Shown in pieces: positions 9,886 through 20,342 of a stretch of DNA of 50,645 nucleotides. The notes under the pieces were generated by a model, which was not told the DNA's origin, did not search any database, and saw only the letters and a list, made by a program, of their open reading frames with translations. The DNA is from an uncultured Myxococcia bacterium (GTDB taxonomy: Bacteria > Myxococcota_A > JAVEVO01 > CAYZFJ01), in the NCBI GenBank assembly GCA_964477705.1, contig CAYZFJ010000003.1:1-50645 (forward strand), in the 5' to 3' direction. How positions within the stretch are numbered: position 1 is the stretch's first letter; each line of letters begins with the position of its first letter. The position numbers and the translations under genes were made by a program.

Positions 9886-10164
9886 ATGGAAAGTTTTCTG
9901 AAAGTTACCCAGATCAAGAGTACGATCAGGCGGATCGGCAAACAACGCCTTGTGCTTGAATCCATCGGTCTTGGCAAACTTCACAGAACGGTCTTCACCA
10001 AGAACACTCCCGACATGCGAGGTGTGGTGCAGAAGGTAGAGCACCTGGTTGAGTGGGAAGTTGTTGATCAGAAGGCTGTTGATGCCTGGATGACAAAGCG
10101 AGAGGCATCTAAAGCTCCGGCATACTCTGTAGTTCCGGCTGAAGGTGATGGAGAAGCAAAATGA
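9886..10164 (+). CDS. rpmD: 50S ribosomal protein L30 with ~30-aa C-terminal extension
   Basis: ATG at 9886 ([36 protein letters not shown]), 1 nt after the rpsE stop. 92 aa, against about 60 typical. Confidence 0.85.
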   Translation: MESFLKVTQIKSTIRRIGKQRLVLESIGLGKLHRTVFTKNTPDMRGVVQKVEHLVEWEVVDQKAVDAWMTKREASKAPAYSVVPAEGDGEAK

Positions 10165-10601
10165 GTCTTGATAGACTTAGTCCCCCGGCTGGGGCTAAAA
10201 AGAACCCAAAGCGGCTTGGAAGAGGTAAAGGATCTGGTACCGGCAAAACTGCTGGTAAGGGTCACAAGGGCCAGAAGTCAAGAAGCGGCGTCTCTTTGCG
10301 CGGCTTTGAAGGTGGCCAGATGCCACTGCAGCGTCGACTCCCCAAGCGCGGATTCAAGAATCCTTTCAGGGTGGAATTCCAGGTTGTTAACGTGGAATTT
10401 CTGAATCAGTTTGACGCTGGAACAGTGGTTGATCTGGACCAGTTGCGTGAGAGTGGTCTTATTCGGAACAATCCGAAAATGGGTGTGAAGATTCTTGGCA
10501 CCGGGGACCTTACCAAGGCTCTCACAGTCAAAGCCAACTGCTTCAGCGACAGCGCCCGCCGGAAGATTGAACAGGCGGGAGGATCCACGGAGGTCATCTA
10601 G
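10161..10601 (+). CDS. rplO: 50S ribosomal protein L15
   Basis: 146 aa, Gly/Lys-rich N-terminus [21 protein letters not shown]. Confidence 0.93.
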   Translation: MSLDRLSPPAGAKKNPKRLGRGKGSGTGKTAGKGHKGQKSRSGVSLRGFEGGQMPLQRRLPKRGFKNPFRVEFQVVNVEFLNQFDAGTVVDLDQLRESGLIRNNPKMGVKILGTGDLTKALTVKANCFSDSARRKIEQAGGSTEVI

Positions 10602-11929
10602 TGGCAGGTCAAGGCTTCGCCAACATCGCAAAGGTGCCCGAGCTAAAGAAGCGCATTCTGTTCACCATTGGGATGCTTGCCGTTTACCGTATTGGCGTCT
10701 TCGTTACTACACCAGGCGTTAATCGAAACGTGATGAGCAAGATCATCTCTACTGATGCAGGTTTTTTGGGCTTCTTTAACATGTTTTCCGGTGGTGCGGT
10801 AGAGCAGCTCTCCGTCTTCGCACTGGGAATCATGCCCTACATCTCATCCTCCATCATTCTTCAATTGCTTACCGTGGTAGTACCGACCCTTGAGCGTTTG
10901 AAGAAAGAGGGTGAAGCTGGACGACGGAAGATCACGCAGTGGACCAGATATGGGACCATCATTCTCTCATTCATCCAAGGTTTCGCCATTGCTCTCTGGC
11001 TTGAGAGACTCAACGATACATCGGCATATGGAGATGTGGTTATTGCCACTGGCTGGGGATTCAGGCTGCTTACGGTCATCACTCTGACCACTGGTACCGC
11101 ATTCATCATGTGGCTCGGAGAGCAGATCTCTGAACGGGGTATTGGCAACGGCATCTCCCTAATCATCTTTGCTGGTATCATTGCCCGGCTGCCCGATGCA
11201 ATCTGGCAGACGTTCCAACTCGTCGGTCTGGGAAGAATCTCCTGGATGGTTTTACTGCTGATTGGTGTCATCATCTTTGCGATTGTTGCCGCTATCGTGT
11301 TTTTCGAGCGTGGACAACGGCGAATCCCAGTCCAGTACGCTAAGAGGGTGGTAGGCAGAAAGGTTTATGGTGGACAATCCACACACCTTCCTCTGAAGAT
11401 CAATATGTCGGGCGTTATTCCGGCCATCTTCGCATCTTCAATCCTGCTGTTCCCTGGTACGTTGGTTACATTTTTTAATACGCCTGCTATGCAGAGTATC
11501 CAGAATATACTCACCCCGGGTACCTGGGTGCATAACTTGTTGTATGTTCTGTTGATTGTTTTCTTCTGTTACTTCTACACAGCCGTGACCTTCAATCCGG
11601 TTGATGTGGCCGATAATATGAAGAAATACGGTGGATACATACCTGGTATCAGGCCTGGCAAAAAGACTGCCGAATACATCGACCGGGTTTTGTCTAGGAT
11701 CACCTTAGGTGGTGCAGCATACATCTCTGCAGTCTGTATTCTGCCTACCTTCTTGCAGAGCAGTTTCAGTGTTCCTTTCTACTTCGGTGGAACATCATTG
11801 CTGATTGTGGTCGGTGTGGCTCTGGATACGGTTCAGCAGATTGAGTCGCACTTGATTACCAGGCATTATGATGGCCTGACTGGACCTAAGGGGCCCAGGA
11901 TTAGGGGCAGGAGAACCAGGACTGCTTAG
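10601..11929 (+). CDS. secY: Preprotein translocase subunit SecY
   Basis: 442 aa, GTG start, 10-TM pattern, [12 protein letters not shown] and [12 protein letters not shown] motifs. Confidence 0.96.
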   Translation: MAGQGFANIAKVPELKKRILFTIGMLAVYRIGVFVTTPGVNRNVMSKIISTDAGFLGFFNMFSGGAVEQLSVFALGIMPYISSSIILQLLTVVVPTLERLKKEGEAGRRKITQWTRYGTIILSFIQGFAIALWLERLNDTSAYGDVVIATGWGFRLLTVITLTTGTAFIMWLGEQISERGIGNGISLIIFAGIIARLPDAIWQTFQLVGLGRISWMVLLLIGVIIFAIVAAIVFFERGQRRIPVQYAKRVVGRKVYGGQSTHLPLKINMSGVIPAIFASSILLFPGTLVTFFNTPAMQSIQNILTPGTWVHNLLYVLLIVFFCYFYTAVTFNPVDVADNMKKYGGYIPGIRPGKKTAEYIDRVLSRITLGGAAYISAVCILPTFLQSSFSVPFYFGGTSLLIVVGVALDTVQQIESHLITRHYDGLTGPKGPRIRGRRTRTA

Positions 11930-11944
11930 CAAAACCGATTAGGT

Positions 11945-11970
11945 TCAATCAATCAATCAATCAATCAATC
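11945..11970. repeat. Tetranucleotide microsatellite (TCAA)x6.5
   Basis: A perfect tcaatcaatcaatcaatcaatcaatc run read directly, in the secY-adk spacer. It is flanked by the 7-nt inverted repeat ACCGATT/AATCGGT. Confidence 0.9.
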
Positions 11971-12127
11971 GGTTACCTGTTCTCTATCAGTTGCAGTCTA
12001 ACAGGACGGCGCCACATTCAGAATATCATTGGAAGCATTTGAGTCTTCGAGTGCAAATAACACTGGTGTTTTTGTGTGGAATGTGGAATAAGACTGCAAA
12101 TGCATGCCCTCGACCAAAGAGGAAATC

Positions 12128-12811
12128 ATGCGAATCTGTTTGCTAGGGCCTCCTGGGGCAGGCAAGGGTACTCAAGGGAAACTAATTGCTGAATTGTTGG
12201 GGGTGCCGGTAATCTCTACTGGTGAGATTTTCCGAAAAGCCATCAGTGAAGACACTGATCTAGGGCGCTTGGCTGATTCCTTAATTAATAGAGGAAACCT
12301 GGTGCCTGATGAGGTGGTGTGGGAGCTGGTGCGCAAGAGATTGAGCCAGCCGGATTGTAAATACGGTTACATACTGGATGGATTCCCGAGGACAATTGCC
12401 CAGGCGGATCTGCTTGAGGTGAGCGAATTTGCTCCACAGGTGGTGATTAATATTGTTCTTCGTGACTCGGATGTCATGGACCGGATTTTAGGGAGGGTGG
12501 TTTGTAGAAACTGCGGATCAATCTGGAATGTGAGCATGTTGCCTGGCGGTAAACTTGCTAAAATCTGTCCAAAGTGTGGCGGCGAGTTGGGCAGGCGAGA
12601 AGATGATACCGAAGATACGGTTATAAAGCGGTTGAAAGTCTACAGAGAACAAACCAAGCCGCTTATCGACTATTATCGAAAATCGGGTCACATTTTAGAT
12701 ATTGACGGTACCGGAGAACCAGTTATGGTTTTTCGGCGCATTAAGAATGCATTGCTTCAAAAGAGATCGCAATTCGGCCCGGTTTCTGGCAATACTGAAT
12801 CGGTTTCTTAA
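12128..12811 (+). CDS. adk: Adenylate kinase with zinc-type lid
   Basis: ATG at 12128 (MRICLLGPPGAGKGTQ P-loop) after AAAGAGGAAA. Lid CRNCG...CPKCGG. C-terminal tail of about 20 aa. Confidence 0.93.
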   Translation: MRICLLGPPGAGKGTQGKLIAELLGVPVISTGEIFRKAISEDTDLGRLADSLINRGNLVPDEVVWELVRKRLSQPDCKYGYILDGFPRTIAQADLLEVSEFAPQVVINIVLRDSDVMDRILGRVVCRNCGSIWNVSMLPGGKLAKICPKCGGELGRREDDTEDTVIKRLKVYREQTKPLIDYYRKSGHILDIDGTGEPVMVFRRIKNALLQKRSQFGPVSGNTESVS

Positions 12812-12816
12812 GGAAT

Positions 12817-13575
12817 GTGATGACAGTCATTATAAAGTCAGCCGCTGAAATTGAAGGCATGCGAAAAGCGGGCAGGATTGTTGCCATGGTTCTTGAAGAA
12901 CTGGGGCGAGTGATTAAACCCGGCATAAGTTTGTCTGAACTTGACCAGATTGCTGACGGTTTGGCTCGAAAGAATGGGGCCAGATCTGCTTTCAAGGGGC
13001 AGTATGGTTTTCCCAAGAGCCTGTGCACTGCTGTTAATGAACAGGTGGTTCACGGTATTCCCCATCAGAGCATTGTACTGAAAGAAGGGGATATTGTGGG
13101 GTGTGATTATGGGGCCTGGCTGAATGGATGGTATGGTGACGCCGCCTACACTTATATGGTAGGTAAAGTCTCACCTGAGGCTGAGAGGCTTGTAAAGACC
13201 ACCCAGGAAGCACTGAATGCAGCGATTGAGGTTTGCAGGCCTGGTTACAGGGTCTCTGATATTGGGCATGTTATTCAGACCTACTGTGAAGAGCGGGGAT
13301 TTTCGGTGGTTCGTGATCTGGTTGGTCACGGAATCGGAAGAAAACTTCATGAGGATCCTCAGGTGCCAAATTATGGTTCACCTGGGCGTGGGCGTAGGCT
13401 TCAGGCTGGTATGGTTCTTGCCATCGAGCCCATGATTAATATGGGTGGCTGGGAGGTTGAGACCCTGGACGACGAGTGGACTGTGGTCACTCGGGATCGA
13501 AGCCTTTCTGCCCATTTTGAACATACAGTAGCTATTACAGAAGACGGACCTCAGATTCTTACGGCTCTAAAGTAG
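12817..13575 (+). CDS. map: Methionine aminopeptidase type I
   Basis: 252 aa with metal ligand context D..GW.GD, GHGIG, EPM, EHT. Confidence 0.95.
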   Translation: MMTVIIKSAAEIEGMRKAGRIVAMVLEELGRVIKPGISLSELDQIADGLARKNGARSAFKGQYGFPKSLCTAVNEQVVHGIPHQSIVLKEGDIVGCDYGAWLNGWYGDAAYTYMVGKVSPEAERLVKTTQEALNAAIEVCRPGYRVSDIGHVIQTYCEERGFSVVRDLVGHGIGRKLHEDPQVPNYGSPGRGRRLQAGMVLAIEPMINMGGWEVETLDDEWTVVTRDRSLSAHFEHTVAITEDGPQILTALK

Positions 13576-13718
13576 CCAGATATAATTTTGGCTGAGGTTG
13601 CCATCCCCACCGGCAGAATCAACGGAGTGGTTTGGGGATTAGGGTGCGGTAGCAGGAACTTGAATGTTCCATGGTTGTCGGTTCTGGTTGATGACAAAAT
13701 TGTAAGAGGTACTACTCA

Positions 13719-13937
13719 ATGGCCAAGGAAGATTCGATAGAGGTCGAGGGGATCGTTATTGAACCATTGCCAAACGCAATGTTCAGAGTTGAACTGGATA
13801 ATGGTCACCAGGTGCTGGCCCATATTTCGGGTAAGATGCGAATGCACTTTATCAAGATCCTCCCTGGGGATCGGGTGAAGGTTGAACTTTCGCCTTATGA
13901 TTTAAGCAGAGGCCGGATAACTTACCGGTCTAAGTAA
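13719..13937 (+). CDS. infA: Translation initiation factor IF-1
   Basis: 72 aa, [37 protein letters not shown]. Confidence 0.97.
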   Translation: MAKEDSIEVEGIVIEPLPNAMFRVELDNGHQVLAHISGKMRMHFIKILPGDRVKVELSPYDLSRGRITYRSK

Positions 13938-13959
13938 ATGGAAGCATAGGAGACGTGAC

Positions 13960-14073
13960 ATGAAAGTCCGCTCATCAGTAAAGAAGATCTGCGAAAACTG
14001 CAAGATCATCAGAAGGAAAGGGATTGTACGAGTCATCTGCACCAATCCCAGGCATAAGCAACGACAGGGTTAA
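13960..14073 (+). CDS. rpmJ: 50S ribosomal protein L36 (absent from the ORF track)
   Basis: Hand translation gives [37 protein letters not shown] (37 aa), with AGGAG RBS and a TAA stop. Canonical slot between infA and rpsM. Confidence 0.9.
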   Translation: MKVRSSVKKICENCKIIRRKGIVRVICTNPRHKQRQG

Positions 14074-14161
14074 AAAACAATTGCATCTACTTATTGGCGG
14101 AGTTAGTCTATTCCGCTCTTTAGTTTGAGGATGACAACTGTAGGACCCAAGGAGGCTAAGG

Positions 14162-14539
14162 GTGGCACGTATAGCGGGTGTTGATCTCCCGAGAAACAAA
14201 AAACTCGAAATAGCGTTGACCTACATTTATGGTATCGGTCTTCGAACTTCTCAGGAGATCTTGCGCAAAGGTGATCTTTCTGGAGAGATTCGCACCGATG
14301 ATCTCAGTGAAGACCAGGTTAGGCGAATCAGGGAAATCATTGACACGGAATACAAGGTCGAAGGCGATCTTCGTCGTGAAATATCAATGAACATTAAACG
14401 CCTTATGGACCTTGGTACATATCGCGGTCTGCGCCATCGTCGTGGTTTGCCGGTCAGAGGGCAGAGGACTTCAACCAACGCTCGGACCAGAAAAGGTCCC
14501 AGGCGGGCAATCATGAAGAAGAAAAAGGCGGTGCGTTAA
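14162..14539 (+). CDS. rpsM: 30S ribosomal protein S13
   Basis: 125 aa, GTG start after [19 protein letters not shown]...[15 protein letters not shown]. Confidence 0.96.
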   Translation: MARIAGVDLPRNKKLEIALTYIYGIGLRTSQEILRKGDLSGEIRTDDLSEDQVRRIREIIDTEYKVEGDLRREISMNIKRLMDLGTYRGLRHRRGLPVRGQRTSTNARTRKGPRRAIMKKKKAVR

Positions 14540-14958
14540 TGGCAACCCAGCAGCCGGCAAAGCGGAAGGGCGGTGGCCCTGGCCGCGGTGGTAAGAAGAA
14601 GGTCAGGAAGAATGTACAGAGTGGCGTAGTCCACGTGTCGTCTTCTTTTAATAACACTATTGTCACCATTACCGATGTCAGCGGTAATGTGGTGGCCTGG
14701 TCCTCATCGGGGACCAAGGGCTTTAAGGGTTCACGTAAATCGACCCCGTTCGCAGCCCAGCTTGCAGCAGAAGACGCTGCCCGTAAGGCACAGGAGCATG
14801 GAATGCGGATGGTGTCGGTTCAGGTGAATGGTCCTGGAGCCGGTAGGGAAGCTGCTCTTAGGGCTCTCCAGAGCGTGGGATTCAAGATCAGTCTCATTAG
14901 GGATGTGACTCCTATTCCTCACAATGGTTGCAGACCTCCTAAAAGGCGGCGTGTCTGA
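14539..14958 (+). CDS. rpsK: 30S ribosomal protein S11
   Basis: 139 aa, TAATG overlap, [20 protein letters not shown]...W.S.G. Confidence 0.96.
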   Translation: MATQQPAKRKGGGPGRGGKKKVRKNVQSGVVHVSSSFNNTIVTITDVSGNVVAWSSSGTKGFKGSRKSTPFAAQLAAEDAARKAQEHGMRMVSVQVNGPGAGREAALRALQSVGFKISLIRDVTPIPHNGCRPPKRRRV

Positions 14959-14976
14959 TAAAGATGGAGGAGAGCC

Positions 14977-15603
14977 GTGGCTCGGTATATTGGATCGGTT
15001 TGCCGCCTGTGCAGGCGGGAAAACCTGAAGATGTTCCTCAAGGGTGGGCGTTGTTTTTCTGAGAAGTGTGCCATTGAACGTCGTGCTTATCCCCCAGGAC
15101 AGCATGGACAGGGTAGGCACAAACTGTCTCCTTATGCAGTACAGCTTAGGGAAAAGCAGAAGGTTAAGCGTATATACGGCCTGCTGGAGAAGCAGTTCCG
15201 TCGCTACTTTGAGCGCGCTGAATCTATGAAAGGTATCACTGGTACCAATCTGCTGGTGCTCCTCGAGCGACGGCTTGATAACCTGGTTTTCAGACTGGGA
15301 TTTGCAAGCACCCGCAACCAGGCTCGTCAGATGGTCAGGCATGGCCATTTCACGGTCAACGGACGGAAGGTAGATATTCCTTCTTTCCTGGTCAAGGTTG
15401 AGGACACTGTACAGTTGAGGGAACGCAGCCGAAACGTGCAGCCCATTGTGGACTCTCTTGAGTTTGTTGCTCAGAGGGGGCTCCCTGGGTGGCTCGAGCT
15501 GGACAAATCAACTTTCTCAGGTGTTGTGAAGTCTATGCCTTCGAGAGAAGATATTACAATGCCTATTCAGGAACAGCTCATCGTTGAGTTGTACTCCAAG
15601 TAA
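14977..15603 (+). CDS. rpsD: 30S ribosomal protein S4
   Basis: 208 aa, GTG start, [22 protein letters not shown]. Confidence 0.96.
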   Translation: MARYIGSVCRLCRRENLKMFLKGGRCFSEKCAIERRAYPPGQHGQGRHKLSPYAVQLREKQKVKRIYGLLEKQFRRYFERAESMKGITGTNLLVLLERRLDNLVFRLGFASTRNQARQMVRHGHFTVNGRKVDIPSFLVKVEDTVQLRERSRNVQPIVDSLEFVAQRGLPGWLELDKSTFSGVVKSMPSREDITMPIQEQLIVELYSK

Positions 15604-15615
15604 TCTGGAGGCGCA

Positions 15616-16647
15616 ATGTTCATTGCCAAGAACTGGCGCGATCTTATCAAGCCCAGGGCGCTCGAAATTGAGCAGGAAAGCGCCACTTCAACCTACGCCA
15701 AGTTTGTGGGTGAGCCCTTCGAGAGGGGCTTTGGCCTGACACTTGGTAATGCTCTGCGGCGGGTACTGCTGTCGTCATTGCAGGGGAATGCAATAACTGC
15801 GGTCAGTATTGAGAATGCATTGCACGAGTTCACGGCGCTGCCGGATGTGGTCGAGGATGTGACCGATGTGGTTCTCAATCTCAAGGAAATCCTTCTCAGG
15901 ATAGATACTCACGAACCCCAGTTCCTGAGCCTTGAGAAGAATGGTCCCGGCCCTGTCAAGGCAGGTGATATCGTCACCAATCAGCATGTGGAAATCCTCA
16001 ATCCTGAAAAGCATATCGCCACAGTTTCTGAAGGTGGTAGGCTGAAGATGGAGTTCAAAGTTCAGACTGGTCGTGGATATCGCCAGGCTGACCGGAATGA
16101 TCTTCCCGGTGTAAACTGGATTCCCATTGATGCGGTTTTTTCGCCTATCCGAAAGGTCAACTACACTGTGACTAACGCCCGTGTGGGTCAGGTTACAGAT
16201 TTCGACAAGTTGACCCTTGAAGTATGGACCGATGGCTCGGTGTCTCCCCAGGATGCCGTTGCTTTTTCGGCTAAGATCCTCAAGGAGCAGCTCCAGATCT
16301 TCATCAACTTTGAAGAAGAGGAAGAGCCAGTTATTGAAGAGACTCATGAAGAGACTCCCTTTAATGAGAATTTGCTCCGCAGTGTTGATGAGTTGGAATT
16401 GTCTGTCAGATCAGCCAACTGTCTCCAGAACGCTAACATTCGATTGATTGGCGAGCTGGTTCAGAAGACTGAGGCTGAGATGTTAAAGACTAAGAATTTT
16501 GGCAGAAAGTCCCTTAAAGAGATTAAGGAGATCCTTGCCGAGATGGGCCTGAGTCTGGGCATGAGGCTGGATAATTGGCCGCCCAAACAACTCAATCAGC
16601 ATCTTCAGGCTAAAGAGCCTGAAGTTGAATTCGAGGAAGAAGATTAG
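15616..16647 (+). CDS. rpoA: DNA-directed RNA polymerase subunit alpha
   Basis: 343 aa, [12 protein letters not shown]-terminal domain [20 protein letters not shown]. Confidence 0.96.
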   Translation: MFIAKNWRDLIKPRALEIEQESATSTYAKFVGEPFERGFGLTLGNALRRVLLSSLQGNAITAVSIENALHEFTALPDVVEDVTDVVLNLKEILLRIDTHEPQFLSLEKNGPGPVKAGDIVTNQHVEILNPEKHIATVSEGGRLKMEFKVQTGRGYRQADRNDLPGVNWIPIDAVFSPIRKVNYTVTNARVGQVTDFDKLTLEVWTDGSVSPQDAVAFSAKILKEQLQIFINFEEEEEPVIEETHEETPFNENLLRSVDELELSVRSANCLQNANIRLIGELVQKTEAEMLKTKNFGRKSLKEIKEILAEMGLSLGMRLDNWPPKQLNQHLQAKEPEVEFEEED

Positions 16648-16784
16648 CCTCGTTTTCTCACTAATTTAATTGGTAATGGTTTCTCCAGGCTTTTTAATGG
16701 AAAGACTGGTGAAGCTCTGAGTTGATACTGCCGACTACAGTCAACAGTTAGTGTTAGATACGGCAGAAACGGGAGATTCCTGGT

Positions 16785-17264
16785 ATGCGTCACCTGAAGG
16801 CAGGTAGAAAACTTGGTCGCAATTCGAGCCATCGGAAAGCCATGTTCTCGAATATGGTGGCCTCTTTACTGCTCCATGAGCGGATTCAGACCACTGATGC
16901 CAAGGCAAAGGAAGTTCGTCGTCTGGCAGAGAGGATGATCACCGTTGCCAAACATGGAGCGGATTTTGAACGTCAAGCTTCCGAGGCGGCGGATGCCAAT
17001 GACAAGCAACGTTTCGCCGCTGCTTCGCTGCATAAGAGGCGGCAAGCGGCTGCATACTTGAAGAACGCAGATGTTGTGCAGAAGCTTTTCGGCAACATCG
17101 AAGAGCGATTCCGTGGACGGCCCGGCGGATACACCAGACTTATTAAGCTCGGATTCCGTAAGGGTGACGGCGCTGATATAAGCTTTATTGAGCTTGTTGA
17201 TCGCGATGCTGTTCTGGCTGCAGGTGCTGCCAGCGCTGCTGAAGAGTCTAAGAAATCGAAATAA
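16785..17264 (+). CDS. rplQ: 50S ribosomal protein L17 (long form)
   Basis: 159 aa, [21 protein letters not shown]....L..ERI.TT..KAKE.R. Internal insertion and an Ala-rich tail. Confidence 0.93.
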   Translation: MRHLKAGRKLGRNSSHRKAMFSNMVASLLLHERIQTTDAKAKEVRRLAERMITVAKHGADFERQASEAADANDKQRFAAASLHKRRQAAAYLKNADVVQKLFGNIEERFRGRPGGYTRLIKLGFRKGDGADISFIELVDRDAVLAAGAASAAEESKKSK

Positions 17265-17320
17265 GTAAGTTACTGCCGTACTGACTTAAACCTTGGTACG
17301 TACAGCATGAGACGACATAA

Positions 17321-17356
17321 GGCTGCTTCCTTGCACAAGGGAGCAGCCTTTTTTTG
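17321..17356 (+). terminator. Intrinsic terminator of the ribosomal/alpha operon
   Basis: GGCTGCTTCC-ttgcacaa-GGGAGCAGCC stem-loop followed by a T-run, about 55 nt after the rplQ stop. Confidence 0.85.
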
Positions 17357-17443
17357 TTTCGATACTTGATTTTTCTCATTTGTTTGGGTTACAGCAAGTC
17401 TTTGGTCTGTCTGTCTTGTTTAGATTGTGATGCTGCCGAAGGG

Positions 17444-19681
17444 ATGGATTGGATGTTTCATCGGTGTTTTAAGCCTTTGTTTACCATTACCATTACTGTT
17501 TTGCTGATAAGTTGCTTTATGTCGGTAACTAGTGGATTGCTGGTATTGGCTGATGATGGGGACGGGGACGGGGACGGGGCTGAATTTCAGGTGGCTGGCG
17601 GCCAGTTGGCGGACAAAAGAGAGGGGGAAGATGGTGTTGATTTGGGCGTGGCTGCGGGTGACTCGGGTGGAGCAGGAGCGTTGGTTGGCGAGGGCGAGAT
17701 TGAGGTATCAGGAGATGGGGCGCCTGCGGAGTTGCATGCTGCTGCTGCTGAGCTGGATCCAGTTGAGATCTCGCCTGTGATATATTTTTCCACGGTTCAA
17801 TCCAGCCGTTTCTCCATCGGTGATGCTGTGGGTTCCCAATCAGGTTATACCCGCTCTGAGATGGAATTTAAGCCTCTCATTGATAACGATATTTTAAGGG
17901 CGATCACGGTTTTTCCTTCTGCCCAAGGTGATGATTTCTCTGCCAGATTTACTGTTAGGGGCGGTCGTAGTCATGAGACTGGGGTTAAACTTGATGGCAT
18001 GGAGCTCTATGAGCCGTTCCACCTTCAGGACTACGGTGGGGCCATTTCTGTCATTGACCTGGATATTGTCAGTGAAGCTGACCTTTTCGCCGGTGCTTTT
18101 TCTGCAATCCACGGCGATAGTATGAGTGGTATCCTGGATATTCGTTCCCGCACTGGTCGTGCTGACCGATTCCACGGCAAATTTAGTCTGGATTTGCTTA
18201 GTGCCAGTGTCCTTCTGGATGGGCCACTTCCTGCCGGATCTTTTCTCGTATCTGCCCGGCGTGGATACATCGACCTGTTTCTAAAAGGGTGGGCTCCTGA
18301 TTTGGGATACATGCCACAATATTGGGACACCTTCGCTCGGGCTGATCATCATTTTGGGGCAAAAGATAAAGTCACCGCCTATATGATTTATAGTGGTGAT
18401 CGTAATGAGATGTTCCATGAGGGAGAGCAATCTCGGGTCAACTCTCAGTACGATAGCTTCAGCTCATGGCTCAAGTATTCGCATCGACTGGGGAGCGGGG
18501 TTTCTGGTCAAGGGGGCAGCCTGGATCTTTATTTGTTTGGGGGGACCATGTTGCAGGACCGTGTGGCATCCTATGGACTGGTTGATGACCGGGATCTGGT
18601 ATTTGGTGGTGTGAAGGGTGAACTTGAATTGCCTCTGGCCAGTGGGAACCATGTGCTCCAAGCCGGGTTTCGCACCAGGTGGATGGGGGGTAACTATGAC
18701 TATAACAACCCCCGTTCTGTTGACCTTGGGCGAAATATTGTCCGCAATGTTGAGCTGAGTGTGGATGAGCAGGCGGTTGAAGGTTCCTTGTGGGTACAGG
18801 ACCAGTGGCGGCTGTCCCGGTTTCTGATGGCCAATGGAGGGTTCAGGGTTTTAGGACTGACTGGCACTGAGAATCTCATGTGGGAGCCAAGGTTGTCTGT
18901 TGCGATTACACCTGGTGGAGGTTTCCTGCTCAGGGGGGCGGCAGGCCTGCATCATCAGCCTCTTACTCCGCTGAATTTGCCCGTTGAGGAGGGGGGACAT
19001 GACTTGGGGTCGGAGCAGCGGGCGATGCACTATGTGGCTGGTGTTGAGTATCGGCCTGCTGGGATTCCTCTGGCGATGAAGGTGGAGGCCTTCCGAAAAG
19101 ATTACTGGGATCTGGTTGGCTTTGTGCCCAATCTGGGGCGGGAAGAGACTGCTTATATTTCGGGGGACGAAGCGGTGGTGGAGGGAGTGGAGTTTTTTGC
19201 GCAGGGCAGGCTGGGTGGGGCTGGGGGGCGATTCGGGTGGAATGGGGGGTACAGCTTGATGAGAGCGGAAGAGAAGCTGGCTGATGGCAGGGTGGTTCCC
19301 CGTGATTCGGAACGGAGGCATAGCGTGACGCTTGGTGTTGATGCCAGGTTGTGGAAGAATGGCCAGGTCAATCTCATGTGGCGGTATAATACCGGGGCTC
19401 CATATACGGAAGTGCTGGCCATCGATGCGGATGGTAATCGGACCTATGGTGCGATCAACGGTAAGAATCTGAAGCCTTACCATTCCCTTGATGTGAGGGT
19501 ATCCCATGGTTGGAAGTTTGATTCTTGGGAATTGTCCGGCTATCTGCAGATTATGAATGCCTATAACAGGGATAATGTGGAAGAGATCTCCTACACCAGG
19601 GCAGACGATGGCACCCTGGTGGCCCAGGAAGGCGGATTCCTGCCTCTGATACCCACCTTCGGAATTTCCGGCATACTCTAG
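17444..19681 (+). CDS. TonB-dependent-receptor-like outer membrane protein (plug plus beta-barrel)
   Basis: Plug-like VRGGRSHETGVKLDGMELYEPFH...GDSMSGILDIRSR, followed by a long alternating beta-strand-like sequence. ATG at 17444 gives a signal-like N-terminus. The track's TTG at 17354 would overlap the terminator. An acidic DGDGDGDG tract is encoded by (GACGGG)n near 17555-17578. Confidence 0.7.
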   Translation: MDWMFHRCFKPLFTITITVLLISCFMSVTSGLLVLADDGDGDGDGAEFQVAGGQLADKREGEDGVDLGVAAGDSGGAGALVGEGEIEVSGDGAPAELHAAAAELDPVEISPVIYFSTVQSSRFSIGDAVGSQSGYTRSEMEFKPLIDNDILRAITVFPSAQGDDFSARFTVRGGRSHETGVKLDGMELYEPFHLQDYGGAISVIDLDIVSEADLFAGAFSAIHGDSMSGILDIRSRTGRADRFHGKFSLDLLSASVLLDGPLPAGSFLVSARRGYIDLFLKGWAPDLGYMPQYWDTFARADHHFGAKDKVTAYMIYSGDRNEMFHEGEQSRVNSQYDSFSSWLKYSHRLGSGVSGQGGSLDLYLFGGTMLQDRVASYGLVDDRDLVFGGVKGELELPLASGNHVLQAGFRTRWMGGNYDYNNPRSVDLGRNIVRNVELSVDEQAVEGSLWVQDQWRLSRFLMANGGFRVLGLTGTENLMWEPRLSVAITPGGGFLLRGAAGLHHQPLTPLNLPVEEGGHDLGSEQRAMHYVAGVEYRPAGIPLAMKVEAFRKDYWDLVGFVPNLGREETAYISGDEAVVEGVEFFAQGRLGGAGGRFGWNGGYSLMRAEEKLADGRVVPRDSERRHSVTLGVDARLWKNGQVNLMWRYNTGAPYTEVLAIDADGNRTYGAINGKNLKPYHSLDVRVSHGWKFDSWELSGYLQIMNAYNRDNVEEISYTRADDGTLVAQEGGFLPLIPTFGISGIL

Positions 19682-19767
19682 CAATAAATCACTTCCCTCA
19701 TCAGGGCGTTGTGTCCATTCTTTTCGGGAAATGTTTTTTTCAAAATTTCTCAAACAAGGAGAAAAAA

Positions 19768-19986
19768 ATGGCTAATGAACCAAAGCGCCCCGTTACCGCT
19801 ACTGATCTCTCCCACGCCCTGAGAGGCATAGACTTCCCATGCTCCAAGGAAGATCTGAAGAGACATGCTGTTAAAAATGAGGCACCCCAGGACATCATGG
19901 GCACCATTGAGCGCATGGAAGAGAAGCAGTTCCTTTCTATGGCAGATGTGGAGCACAGCTTTCACCAGGTGAGGGGACGACGCTAA
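19768..19986 (+). CDS. DUF2795-like small protein
   Basis: ATG at 19768 after AAGGAGAAAAAA. The pattern ...ATDLSHALRGIDFPCSKEDLKRHAVKNEAPQDIMGTIERM...F.S..DV resembles DUF2795. Confidence 0.6.
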   Translation: MANEPKRPVTATDLSHALRGIDFPCSKEDLKRHAVKNEAPQDIMGTIERMEEKQFLSMADVEHSFHQVRGRR

Positions 19987-20090
19987 TCCTGAGCGTTTAC
20001 TCGCTTATGCCAGCCTTCTCTGCATCTATGCTATGATGAACTTGCCTGTTGTCTGAAAAGCATGCAGGGTAATTGAATATGTTTGGGGGA

Positions 20091-20125
20091 TAAAAAAAGA
20101 TGAGGCGCTCCTTTCGGAGCGCCTC
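20091..20125 (-). terminator. Intrinsic terminator downstream of glnA
   Basis: GAGGCGCTCC-TTTC-GGAGCGCCTC hairpin, followed on the minus strand by a T-run (the plus strand shows AAAAAAA just upstream). Confidence 0.75.
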
Positions 20126-20342
20126 TGGTTGCTTGGTAGCGGGGGGGGGACCACCGAAGCAACAAGGGCAATCTACTAGTAGATTGGTATTTTGTCAAAA
20201 CAATATTTTTTTATTAGCCAACTTTTTATAAGAATGAAGAATATCGATTTTCTCAATCATCTTCATTACTTGCGGTTAGAACGGTCTGGAGATGTTTGAT
20301 TTATTAAGCGAACATACCGTGGAGTGTGGATTGCAGTCCTGA

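Noticed and set aside
17354-17443. The TTG start at 17354 for the TonB-dependent-receptor-like ORF.
   Set aside because: It would begin inside the T-run of the rplQ terminator. The ATG at 17444 gives a plausible signal peptide.
18851-19753. A 300-aa minus-strand ORF antisense to the TonB-dependent-receptor-like gene.
   Set aside because: It is a Pro/Arg/His-rich shadow-frame translation with no motifs. The plus-strand frame carries clear plug and barrel features.
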